From a virus, in the IMG/VR virus record IMGVR_UViG_3300023179_000046, positions 1-64,000 of that record: 64,000 nt of DNA; one strand, written 5' to 3'. Under the pieces are notes generated by a model. The model saw nothing but the letters and a program-made list of their open reading frames with translations. It was not told where the DNA came from and made no database searches. Below are positions 51,525 through 59,555 of this stretch, piece after piece. The translations under genes and the position numbers were made by a program. Each line of letters starts with the position of its first letter. Positions within the stretch are counted from its first letter, which is position 1.

Positions 51525-51710
51525 ATGATCGTTCACAAATCAATTTCGTACAATGAGTACTTCAATTCCGTTGGCCTTGACCAATGCATTCCCTGTAACG
51601 AAATGTACATTGTTCTGGAATGCATTGAATGCGGCGATACAATTGGCTGCTACTATTGTGAGGATGACTATTCTATTCCTCACGATTGTTTCGCATACAT
51701 TTCGGAATAA
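51525..51710 (+). CDS. Cys-rich small protein
   Basis: AAAGG RBS, three CxxC motifs. Confidence 0.65.
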   Translation: MIVHKSISYNEYFNSVGLDQCIPCNEMYIVLECIECGDTIGCYYCEDDYSIPHDCFAYISE

Positions 51711-51917
51711 ATAGAATACCCGCCGAAATTAGCGGGTAATTCTTTTCCAAAAAAGAATGCAATTTGACTAAATTTTAAAAGGCGGGCAAGTTCTTGCCCG
51801 CTTGACCTATCTCTGTCAAGCCTTACGTTGCATACATTACATAGGCTTTTTGGCTTGCCATTGTCGGCCCCACCGTGTAGAGTTTGGCTACCAACCCAAC
51901 GAGCGAGAGGCCCGCCC

Positions 51918-52067
51918 ATGTTTGACGACCGCACCCCCGCGCTGGAAGAAATTGCCGAAATGTGGCTCTACGATTGGGCCGTCCTCTGGGCCGCGAACGA
52001 GTATTTCCCTGAGGATTGGGAGGACCGCGACCCGGCTGAATGGCTGGACGACGCGCCAGAATTCTAA
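51918..52067 (+). CDS. Acidic Trp-rich microprotein (49 aa), paralog of 53178..53354
   Basis: GAGAGG RBS. FPEDWEDRDPAEWLDDAP. Confidence 0.75.
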   Translation: MFDDRTPALEEIAEMWLYDWAVLWAANEYFPEDWEDRDPAEWLDDAPEF

Positions 52068-52280
52068 AACCCTTGCCCCTTCGGGGGCAAGCGGGTAAGT
52101 ACTTGCCCGCGCAGAGCGCGCTGTCAAGTACTTACGATAACGATTAAGTAACGCATTTATATTCACATTTATTGCATATTATTCATGGTTGCAGAATGGT
52201 AGCAAGATCAGTTTGGGTCTTGTGAACTGTCGGACCCCCATGCTACGCTGGCTCTATCAACAACGACGAAAGGTGATCGA

Positions 52281-52505
52281 ATGATTCCCCTCCCGCCCAT
52301 TCCCAACGATGCAATTAACGAGGCTACGGCAGAAGTATTCGCCATCACAAACTCGCTCACCCTAGCCGCACGGGTAGGACACGATGCACTAAACGCTGCC
52401 CTGCCTTACATTGTTATTGCGACGCTGCGCCACTTTGCTGACTGGAACCCCGATGGTGGACTTGACTTGCTGGCCGACGAGATTGAGGGGGAACTAAACA
52501 AATGA
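52281..52505 (+). CDS. Hypothetical protein
   Basis: Promoter at 52228 and GAAAGG RBS. Confidence 0.75.
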   Translation: MIPLPPIPNDAINEATAEVFAITNSLTLAARVGHDALNAALPYIVIATLRHFADWNPDGGLDLLADEIEGELNK

Positions 52506-52654
52506 CCACCCTACGCTCATTCTGCGTTTGCCTTCACGAATCCTACATGCGATTCCAGTATAATGAAGAAACCGGGCTTATTCATTGCCCCAAATGCAAT
52601 TACCCGTCGTGGTACAGCCTGTACCCCGAAGAACTGTCTCAATCAGAATACTAG
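52502..52654 (+). CDS. Zinc-ribbon microprotein (50 aa)
   Basis: ATGA overlap. MTTLRSFCVC...HCPKC. Confidence 0.6.
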   Translation: MTTLRSFCVCLHESYMRFQYNEETGLIHCPKCNYPSWYSLYPEELSQSEY

Positions 52655-52670
52655 ACAACGGAGAAATAAA

Positions 52671-52859
52671 ATGACCTACACCATCATTAGCAACAAGGCA
52701 CAATGCGGAGAATGCGGATTCATTATCGAATCCCGCCACCGCCACGACTTCGCCTCCTGTAAATGTGGTAACATCTTCGTTGACGGAGGAAAAGAATACC
52801 TCCGCAGAGGATTCAAGAACGCAGACACATTCATCGAATTGTCAGAAACAGAGGGATAA
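52671..52859 (+). CDS. Conserved phage zinc-binding protein
   Basis: GGAG RBS. NKAQCGECGFIIESRHRHDFASCKCGNIFVDGG. Confidence 0.8.
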   Translation: MTYTIISNKAQCGECGFIIESRHRHDFASCKCGNIFVDGGKEYLRRGFKNADTFIELSETEG

Positions 52860-52865
52860 TAACTA

Positions 52866-53003
52866 ATGATGCGCTCCCGCCGAAATAGGGCACTATTGAA
52901 AAGCGCAGCCTGCCCGTGGTATTGCTGCTGCGAATTGGAACGCAACCGAACATATCGCACCCGCGAAAAAAACAATTGGCGTAAATGGCGAAAAGAATAC
53001 TAG
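52866..53003 (+). CDS. Basic Cys-containing microprotein (45 aa)
   Basis: Hand-translated MMRSRRNRALLKSAACPWYCCCELERNRTYRTREKNNWRKWRKEY. Ends just before a boundary element. Confidence 0.5.
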   Translation: MMRSRRNRALLKSAACPWYCCCELERNRTYRTREKNNWRKWRKEY

Positions 53004-53177
53004 AGAGCCGCTTGACCCTTCGGGGTCAAGCGGGCAAGTATTTCCCCGCGCGAAATACTTTGTCAACCTCTTACGATGTGGCTTACGTCACACAGAAATA
53101 ACACTGTTTTGAGTTGCATCTGTCAGTCCCGCCCTGTATCGTTCTACCTACCAACCCACCGAGCGAGAGGCACGCCC

Positions 53178-53354
53178 ATGCTGCACCCCACCACCGACCA
53201 GTTCCTGCCCGAAGAATGGGAGGACCGCGACCCCGCCGAGTGGCTGGACGACGCGCCCGATGACGAGCCTCCCATGCCCGAGGACGACGAGGACTGGGGG
53301 GACCATTGGGAGGACGCCGCCGCCGAATATTTCTTATTCGGAGGTGACTACTAA
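53178..53354 (+). CDS. Highly acidic microprotein (58 aa)
   Basis: Leader nearly identical to that of 51918. LPEEWEDRDPAEWLDDAP. Confidence 0.75.
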   Translation: MLHPTTDQFLPEEWEDRDPAEWLDDAPDDEPPMPEDDEDWGDHWEDAAAEYFLFGGDY

Positions 53355-53532
53355 AACCCTTGCCCCTTCGGGGGCAAGCGGGTAAGTACTTGCCCACGGC
53401 AAGTACTTAGTCAACACCTTACGATGTGACATACGACACACTAAAATAACGCTGTTTGGGGTTCCATATGTCAGACCCATCCGGTAAAGTTCTACCTGTC
53501 AGCAAGAAACCCCAACCGAAAGGAAGTGCCCC

Positions 53533-53691
53533 GTGGGAATCTCATCCCCCACCGTCATCGTCTCCACCGAAATCTGGTCCACCAAGCACGGCAAGGTCAC
53601 CAAGGCCGTCGTTCGTACCCCCAACGGCACCTTCCTTGGAGCCACCAACCAGACCGCCGCGATTGCCCCGGTTGTAGTTGGTCGTCGGTAA
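53533..53691 (+). CDS. Microprotein (52 aa), paralog of 59947..60111
   Basis: GTG start after AAGGA. STEIWSTKHGKVTKAVVRTPNGTFLGATNQTAAIAP. Confidence 0.8.
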   Translation: MGISSPTVIVSTEIWSTKHGKVTKAVVRTPNGTFLGATNQTAAIAPVVVGRR

Positions 53692-53760
53692 ATAGATCGA
53701 ACAATGGCCCCCCGCATTGTTCGGGGGGCATTGTTGTTACTAAAAGAATAGGATAAAGAA

Positions 53761-53907
53761 ATGTCATCAGTCTCCGACACGCTTGACGAACTTTTCGAAA
53801 TGCATGGCCCCGACCTTAGCAATTCGTGGATGCCCCCGTACCTCTGCAACGAGTGCGGAAAGTCATGGCCGTGCCCGACGCGCTGGCTGCTGAACCATCT
53901 AGCGTAA
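53761..53907 (+). CDS. H..CxxC..WPC microprotein (48 aa)
   Basis: Hand-translated MSSVSDTLDELFEMHG...LCNECGKSWPCPTRWLLNHLA. Confidence 0.65.
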   Translation: MSSVSDTLDELFEMHGPDLSNSWMPPYLCNECGKSWPCPTRWLLNHLA

Positions 53908-54038
53908 CGATGCTTGACCCTTCGGGGTCAAGCGGGCAAGTACTTGCCCGCCAAAGGCGGGCTGTCAAGTACTTACGATGTGACATACGACACACGATTA
54001 TGCTTCCATTTGTCGGCCCGCTGTGGTAGATTGCTCTC

Positions 54039-54751
54039 ATGACACAGACACTCACCCGCAGCAAAGACCGCAAGGTCGCCAACCTAGTTTCCCCTAATGG
54101 CAAGTCGGCAGTAATTGCTAATTCATTCGGTATTCCCGCCGGTAAGCAATTCTCTTGCCCCTCTGCCACCGATTTCTGTTCCACCATTTGCTACGCTGGC
54201 AAACTGGAGAAGATTTACACTAACGTCAAGTCTGCGCTAATTCGCAATTGGGAAGCGTTGCAGGATAAGTCCACCGAAGAATTGTATGACATTCTTTCGG
54301 GAATGATCGCAGAATTCAATTCGGAATGTGACAAGCGCGGAGCCGATAAACTATTCCGTATCCATTGGGACGGTGATTTCTTCGCCCCGCATTACACCGC
54401 CGCATGGTCTAAGGTAATTGCAAACAACCCACAGATTCAATTCTGGGTCTATACTCGCGTTGCCACCGCTGCCCTATTCTTGCACGCGCGCAAGTATTCC
54501 AACCTTGGATTGTATTTCTCTGCCGACCCTGACAATATTGAGGCTGCCCGCCTATTAGAGTCTAAAGGCATCAATATTGCCTATGTCGATAAGTCATTCG
54601 CTCAGGGTAAAGAACAATTCCCCAACGCTACCCGCTGCCCGAGAACAATAAGGCACTCCCGCTAATCACCGATAAGGGATCAGCCTGTGCCCGTTGCGGA
54701 TTGTGTATCAATGGCCGCAAGTCCGTGCTATTCTCCACTAGTAAGAAGTGA
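54039..54751 (+). CDS. Mycobacteriophage gp88-like Fe-S/radical-SAM-related protein, with apparent frameshift near 54640
   Basis: SCPSATDFCSTICYA, FRIHWDGDFF, FWVYTR. A second frame continues ENNKALPLITDKGSACARCGLC to TGA at 54751. Leaderless start 6 nt after the -10. Confidence 0.8.
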
Positions 54752-54855
54752 GCATCCTAGACGTAATTGTGTTTCTATTCGTCTATCTCCCCGCAATGAT
54801 TGGCATGTTCATAGTAATACCATTTCTAATTGCATTCATCTTGCATAAAGAATAG
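54748..54855 (+). CDS. Single-pass membrane microprotein (35 aa)
   Basis: GTGA overlap with the corrected gp88 stop. Hydrophobic. Confidence 0.5.
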   Translation: MSILDVIVFLFVYLPAMIGMFIVIPFLIAFILHKE

Positions 54856-54894
54856 CGGTCATCTTGCATAAAGAATAGCGGTCATCTTGCATAA
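54836..54894. repeat. Tandem 23-bp repeat (about 2.5 copies)
   Basis: TCATCTTGCATAAAGAATAGCGG twice, plus TCATCTTGCATAA. Confidence 0.85.
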
Positions 54895-55120
54895 TAGTTA
54901 ACGGTGGGGCGGCTAATGTCGCCCCACCTAAGTACTTGACAGCCCGCCTGTCGGCGGGCAAGTACTTGCCCGCAGGGCAAGCACTTGTCAATACCTTACG
55001 ATGTGATCTTTGACACGTTTTTTAGGTTGCAGAATGGTTGCAGGTGGTAGGGCACTGTCAGTCGGCTGTGCTAATCTTCTCTCAGTCGAAAGGTTCGGCT
55101 ACACAAGAACAGGAGTCACC

Positions 55121-55378
55121 ATGTGGCAGTTTGACGCAGCGTGCGACACGCAAGACACCGAAATCTTCTTCTCTGAACTCCGCAGCAAGGTTGTCAAGGC
55201 TAAGGCAATCTGCGCCACATGCCCCGTTCGTAGCCAATGCCTCTCATTCGCTATTGCCGAAGATATCGACACCGGAATCTTCGGAGGCCTCACCCCCGCC
55301 GAGCGTAAAGAATTGTTGCGCCCTAAGAACAACGAAGGCCCCCGCGCCCAATGGGAAATCGACCTACTTGACTCGTAA
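55121..55378 (+). CDS. whiB: WhiB-family transcription factor
   Basis: WQFDAAC...FF...AKAICATCPVRSQCL...GIFGGLTPAER. AGGAG RBS. Confidence 0.92.
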   Translation: MWQFDAACDTQDTEIFFSELRSKVVKAKAICATCPVRSQCLSFAIAEDIDTGIFGGLTPAERKELLRPKNNEGPRAQWEIDLLDS

Positions 55379-55413
55379 TCCTGCAACATCAAACAACTAA
55401 TAAGGAGAAACAA

Positions 55414-55749
55414 ATGGGAATTATTCAGCACGACGCCGTTCTCGTCACATTCAGCGACTACGCAGAATCGCGGGGCACATTCGAACTTGAGAAATTGCGC
55501 GCTCTCCTGCCCGTAGAGGTCGCAAGCCTGCTCTCTGTCACCGATGCCGTATCCAACGGATACCGTACCCTATTCTTTGCCCCCGATGGGTCTAAGGAGG
55601 GATGGGAAACTTCTAACGATGGCGACGACGCCCGTGACATTATTCGCCAATACTGCGAAGAAACGTTGCCCTATTGCGAAGTTATTGTAGTTTCCTATGG
55701 AGAACTGGGAAACAGAATTTGGGATTACCCCGACGGATATGTAAACTAA
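55414..55749 (+). CDS. Hypothetical phage protein
   Basis: [20 protein letters not shown] motif. Confidence 0.8.
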   Translation: MGIIQHDAVLVTFSDYAESRGTFELEKLRALLPVEVASLLSVTDAVSNGYRTLFFAPDGSKEGWETSNDGDDARDIIRQYCEETLPYCEVIVVSYGELGNRIWDYPDGYVN

Positions 55750-55934
55750 ACAATGGCACGATAATGCCGAAATTGGGCGAACGCGCGCCGGTGGTTGTGT
55801 TGTATCTGCGCGGTCTGCTGGGTGTGCCGACTTTGCCGTGATGCGGCCTTTCGGACCCCCGGATCTTTGGAACGCCAATAGCCTGCAAACCCCCTGGTCT
55901 TTGGAACGTAAGTTGGTAGAGTTCAACCACGGCG

Positions 55935-56228
55935 ATCCTTCGCGGTCCGGCCGCGTGGTCGCCAACATGGAAGCCTCGCTCGGCGTTCCCACCGCAACGA
56001 GCGTGCGCGGCGTGCCAGCGAAGTTGCTCATTGACAACCGAATCGTCATCAACAACCACCTCGCGCGCGCACGGCCGACAGTTGAGGCCAAGGAGGCGGC
56101 GTGGGCAGCAGCAGTCGAGAGTGACGAGTTGTCCAACGCGATCCTCGGCGCCACCGTGGGGGGCTTCAACCAGCCCGATCAGCGTGACCTGCTTCGTCCG
56201 TTCGTGGACAAGTACGTCGCCGCCCTGT
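55935..56228 (+). pseudogene. Fused fragments resembling actinobacterial kgd/sucA (55935..~56072) and pepN (~56063..56228)
   Basis: [39 protein letters not shown] is Kgd-like. [12 protein letters not shown]...[12 protein letters not shown]...LLRPFVDKY is like the PepN C-terminal region. High GC. Identification is by recall, not search. Confidence 0.65.
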
Positions 56229-56266
56229 CACGGCGGAGGTCACGGGTTCGAATCCCGTTAGAGTCG
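56220..56266 (+). pseudogene. 3' part of tRNA-Asp(GTC)
   Basis: CCGCC-CTGTCAC-GGCGG anticodon arm, ACGGG-TTCGAAT-CCCGT T-arm, TAGAGTC-G. No 5' acceptor strand or D-arm upstream. Confidence 0.75.
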
Positions 56267-56368
56267 CTTGACACCCGCCCTTCGGGCGGGTAAGTACTTG
56301 CCCGCCAACGGCGGGCTGTCAAGTACTTTACGTTGTGACATTCACCACACATTTTTTGCCGTTTATCC

Positions 56369-56397
56369 TTGACTCTAGGATAGCCGTACTGTAAAGT
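56369..56397 (+). promoter_or_regulatory. Canonical sigma-70-type promoter (leaderless)
   Basis: TTGACT-N17-TAAAGT with ATG at 56405. A similar TTGACC-N17-TAAGGT lies at 59494..59522. Confidence 0.65.
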
Positions 56398-56404
56398 ACA
56401 TACC

Positions 56405-56560
56405 ATGAAGAACAAGCGCAGAGAGCAGAAGCAGAAAGAATACGTCGAACACGTCCAGAATCTCCGCAGAGGTTCTACCACTGACCGTCACAAGTCCGTC
56501 AAGGATTACCGCCGTAAGAATAAGTCAAACACTCTAGGATGGGAGAAAGAATATGCGTGA
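56405..56560 (+). CDS. Highly basic microprotein (51 aa)
   Basis: MKNKRREQKQKEYVEHVQNLRRGSTTDRHKSVKDYRRKNKSNTLGWEKEYA. Overlaps the next ATG. Confidence 0.7.
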   Translation: MKNKRREQKQKEYVEHVQNLRRGSTTDRHKSVKDYRRKNKSNTLGWEKEYA

Positions 56561-56951
56561 CATTATTGTGTTCCACCCCGGCACAGGTACTATCCTGCCC
56601 CTGAACGATGAGGTTTACCTTATCGACTATGCCTCCCTTAGCGAAGAAGAACAGGGAATGGTTGACTACGGCAACATCGACCTTGACGAAATCGAAACCT
56701 ACCGTTTGTCCAACCACCTTGTCGGCTATCAGTACTTTGGCGACGAGATTGACGACTCCGATGACTACCTTGTTGGCATCCCGACTACCTCCATCCCGCT
56801 TGACGTTGTGGTTGACCCTAACGAGGACTTTGGCGAGTTGCTTGACGACGACGAAGATGAGGACTTTGGCGATTCGGAAGCGTGGACGGAAGAAGAAATA
56901 GAAGATCTCAAGAAAGTATTAGCAGAATGGACGCCCCCGGCACCCGAATGA
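56553..56951 (+). CDS. Very acidic hypothetical protein
   Basis: 132 aa, D/E-rich, GGAG RBS. Confidence 0.75.
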   Translation: MRDIIVFHPGTGTILPLNDEVYLIDYASLSEEEQGMVDYGNIDLDEIETYRLSNHLVGYQYFGDEIDDSDDYLVGIPTTSIPLDVVVDPNEDFGELLDDDEDEDFGDSEAWTEEEIEDLKKVLAEWTPPAPE

Positions 56952-57067
56952 GCGCATACGCTGTACTTGCAATCATAGTTTTAACTTTCGCTCCCGCCCT
57001 CACATACTACCTAGGCTATAAGCAGGGTAGATCAGACCTAAACTATGAATGGGGTAAAGATGCCTAA
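56948..57067 (+). CDS. Membrane microprotein
   Basis: ATGA overlap. MSAYAVLAIIVLTFAPALTYYLGY. Confidence 0.6.
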   Translation: MSAYAVLAIIVLTFAPALTYYLGYKQGRSDLNYEWGKDA

Positions 57068-57221
57068 TCTAGAATACATTGGCTCGCTAGCCCACTACCA
57101 CGGGCCATGCGAAATCGTAGACGAAGCCTACACACGACAGGGCCGCTACTCCATTGTTCTCCCCAACGGCAAAATGCTAATCAACGTCCGCCCCCAATCC
57201 ATTCTCATAATCCAAGACTAA
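57060..57221 (+). CDS. Microprotein (53 aa)
   Basis: Hand-translated MPNLEYIGSLAHYHGPCEIV...NVRPQSILIIQD. Stops just before a boundary element. Confidence 0.6.
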   Translation: MPNLEYIGSLAHYHGPCEIVDEAYTRQGRYSIVLPNGKMLINVRPQSILIIQD

Positions 57222-57384
57222 ACTGCTTGACCCTTCGGGGTCAAGCGGGTAAGTACTTGCCCGCAAGGCAAGCACTTGTCAACCCCTTACGATGTGACAT
57301 TACGCACACCAAAAAAGGTTACAATTCTGGCCTCCTTGCCGTAAAGTTTGTCCTGTCAGAAAGCCCCCCACATAAGGAGTCACA

Positions 57385-57903
57385 GTGCCCAACTGGTGCA
57401 GCAACAGTATCCGAGTCAGCCCCAAGGGCTACAACTTGGCTATCTCTTACTCATTCATGCTCGCGCTAATGTCATACTACCCATTCTTCACACTCTCCGC
57501 TGTCAAGGGCAAGGCACCCAACGACACCGACTCCTATGACTGGAATGTCAAGAACTATGGCACCAAGTGGGACATTGACCCGGTGGCATGGAAGATTGAG
57601 ATTGACGATGTAGACTATTGGTACACCCTATGGGTTACCTTTGACACCGCATGGTCCCCGGCCACACCCGTCGTAGAACAACTGTCCATCGAATATCCCC
57701 AATTGGTATTCACCCACGCCTACTGCGAAATGGGAATGGACTACCTAGGCGTAGACCAATGGCAAGCGGGGGAAAAGACTGTAATTGAGGACAGCGCACC
57801 ATCTGAATATGATTGGGACGACGAAGATCCCTACTCTATGCCCGAAACCCCCTCAGACCTTGCTGAGTTTCTAGAGGCAAACCGCATCCACCTAGGAGGA
57901 TAA
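57385..57903 (+). CDS. DUF1281/YubB-like ferredoxin-fold protein
   Basis: MPNWCSN...WNVKNYGTKWD...FDTAWSP...YCEMG. Confidence 0.8.
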   Translation: MPNWCSNSIRVSPKGYNLAISYSFMLALMSYYPFFTLSAVKGKAPNDTDSYDWNVKNYGTKWDIDPVAWKIEIDDVDYWYTLWVTFDTAWSPATPVVEQLSIEYPQLVFTHAYCEMGMDYLGVDQWQAGEKTVIEDSAPSEYDWDDEDPYSMPETPSDLAEFLEANRIHLGG

Positions 57904-57906
57904 CCA

Positions 57907-58119
57907 ATGGTATTCCAAGAAGCCTACGGAGAACTAACTAAAGAACAATGGAGACTCTACAAGAAACACTCCATTACTCCCGCCGAACACTACATGCTAG
58001 AATCATACGCAAACTATGACGCCCAACAAATAATTCAAATAATCAAAAACTCCATAAACAAAGCAGGCAAACTCTCCCCCTCATTCCTTATGAGCGCAAT
58101 TGCAGAAATAAACAACTAA
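57907..58119 (+). CDS. Hypothetical protein
   Basis: AGGAGG RBS. Confidence 0.75.
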   Translation: MVFQEAYGELTKEQWRLYKKHSITPAEHYMLESYANYDAQQIIQIIKNSINKAGKLSPSFLMSAIAEINN

Positions 58120-58309
58120 CAAGCCCTTGCCCCTTCGGGGGCAAGCGGGTAAGTACTTGCCCGCGCGGAGCGCGGCTGTCAAGTACTTTACGTTGTGACT
58201 TACGACACACTAAAATAACTACAAATATCCTAGAAAAACCCTTCCGTTTGTCAGACTGATGATGTAGTCTATGACTACAAAGTTAGCCACTACCCACTAG
58301 GAGATTCAC

Positions 58310-59320
58310 ATGCATGGTCTAGAAACCAATGGCACAGAGGTCGCTTTCGCCCTCCGTGGTGCCCCCGCGTGGCACAACCTCGCAAACAAGACTTTCGGTG
58401 CCGATGAGACGGTCACTACCTCGCAGATGCTTGACGCTGCCATGCTTTCCAACTGGAACATCCAACTGCACGCCGTTTCGGAGTACGCGCCCGAGTCATT
58501 CCGTTTCTCGTCCGACTCGTACATGGTCACCCGTACCAACCCGTTCGACGGTGGCACTGACGTTCTCGCCACCGTTGGCGAGCGTTACACTGTCGTTCAG
58601 AACGAGAGCCTGTTTGAGTTTGCCGATCACATTCTGGACGGCGGCGCATCGTGGGAGTCGGCTGGCTCCATCAAGGGCGGTCGTCGTGTGTTCGGTTCGC
58701 TCGTCATCCCGCGCGAGATTGTTCTGGACCCCAACGGTGCCAACGACAAGACTGTCACCTACCTGCTCGTCAACACGTCGCACGACGGATCAACCGCTGT
58801 GCAGGCTTCCATCACCCCCGTTCGCGTGGTCTGCCAGAACACGCTCAACCTTGCGCTCCACAAGGTCAAGCAGACCTACAAGATCCGTCACACTCAGACC
58901 GTGGGCGGTAAGGTTGCTGCGGCTCAGTCTGCGCTTGGCCTGACCTACACCTACATGGACGCTTTCAGTGCAGAGGTTACTGCCCTGTTTGAGCAGTCCA
59001 TCACCGATCAGACTTTCGACTCCATCGTCAAGGCTATCTACCCTCAGCCTGAGAAGGACGCTAAGGGTGCCCTGACCAAGTGGACGAACAAGGTCGATCT
59101 CGTTCAGGACTTGTACCGTACCTCCCCCACTAACGCCAACATCAAGGGCACCGCGTGGGGCGCGCTCAACGCTCTCACTGAGCGCCTTGACTGGTTCCGC
59201 AACGGTCGCGGCGATGACTCTAAGGAGAACGTGGCCGCTGCCGCTACTGGCTTCGACCCCGTGACCAACACGGAGAAGAACCGCATCCTGTCCGTTGTCA
59301 AGGAACTTTCTTTCGCCTAG
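58310..59320 (+). CDS. DUF932 (TIGR03299-like) phage/plasmid protein
   Basis: PAWHNL, YTVVQN, ESAGSIKGGR, NTSHDGS, TPVRVVCQNTL, IRHT, GTAWGALNA. Confidence 0.88.
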   Translation: MHGLETNGTEVAFALRGAPAWHNLANKTFGADETVTTSQMLDAAMLSNWNIQLHAVSEYAPESFRFSSDSYMVTRTNPFDGGTDVLATVGERYTVVQNESLFEFADHILDGGASWESAGSIKGGRRVFGSLVIPREIVLDPNGANDKTVTYLLVNTSHDGSTAVQASITPVRVVCQNTLNLALHKVKQTYKIRHTQTVGGKVAAAQSALGLTYTYMDAFSAEVTALFEQSITDQTFDSIVKAIYPQPEKDAKGALTKWTNKVDLVQDLYRTSPTNANIKGTAWGALNALTERLDWFRNGRGDDSKENVAAAATGFDPVTNTEKNRILSVVKELSFA

Positions 59321-59337
59321 AGCGAACATGCAGCAGC

Positions 59338-59360
59338 ACCCCCCGGCTCACGCCGGGGGG
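59338..59360 (+). terminator. Terminator hairpin
   Basis: CCCCCCGGC-TCAC-GCCGGGGGG after the DUF932 stop. Confidence 0.7.
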
Positions 59361-59555
59361 AGTTGTTGTCAAATTGTTACCTAAAAGTACTTGACAAAAT
59401 TTTTTTGCGGGCAAGTACTTGACCGCGCGAAGCGCGGCTGTCAAGTACTTTACGGTGTGTATTACGACACACATTTTTTAGCACAAAAATGTATTGACCT
59501 TGGGGTCGGGGGATGCTAAGGTTTACCTACAACGACAGAGAGGGAGGTACAGGAT

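Larger units (their letters stand above)
49470..59471. promoter_or_regulatory. 10 CRP/GlxR-like boxes, TGTG[A]-N6-NCAC[A]
   Basis: Starts at 49470, 50874 (perfect TGTGATGTAGGTCACA), 53077, 53425, 53979, 55002, 56334, 57293, 58194 and 59456. Confidence 0.7.

Noticed and set aside
53697-53736. LexA/SOS box (CGAAC...GTTCG)
   Set aside because: The half-sites are much farther apart than 4 bp. It is better explained as a terminator hairpin after 53691.
53456-53756. ORF-track calls 53456..53677 and 53526..53756
   Set aside because: The third frame (53533..53691) has a conserved paralog at 59947 and is the credible gene.
55838-56293. 151-aa ORF as a real gene
   Set aside because: It reads through unrelated fragments and a tRNA half, and has no clear RBS.
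56220-56377. Complete or permuted tRNA-Asp, or an attP site
   Set aside because: The 5' half is missing. GACTCTA at 56371 complements the acceptor strand but overlaps a -35 element and has no D-arm after it. No integrase is seen.
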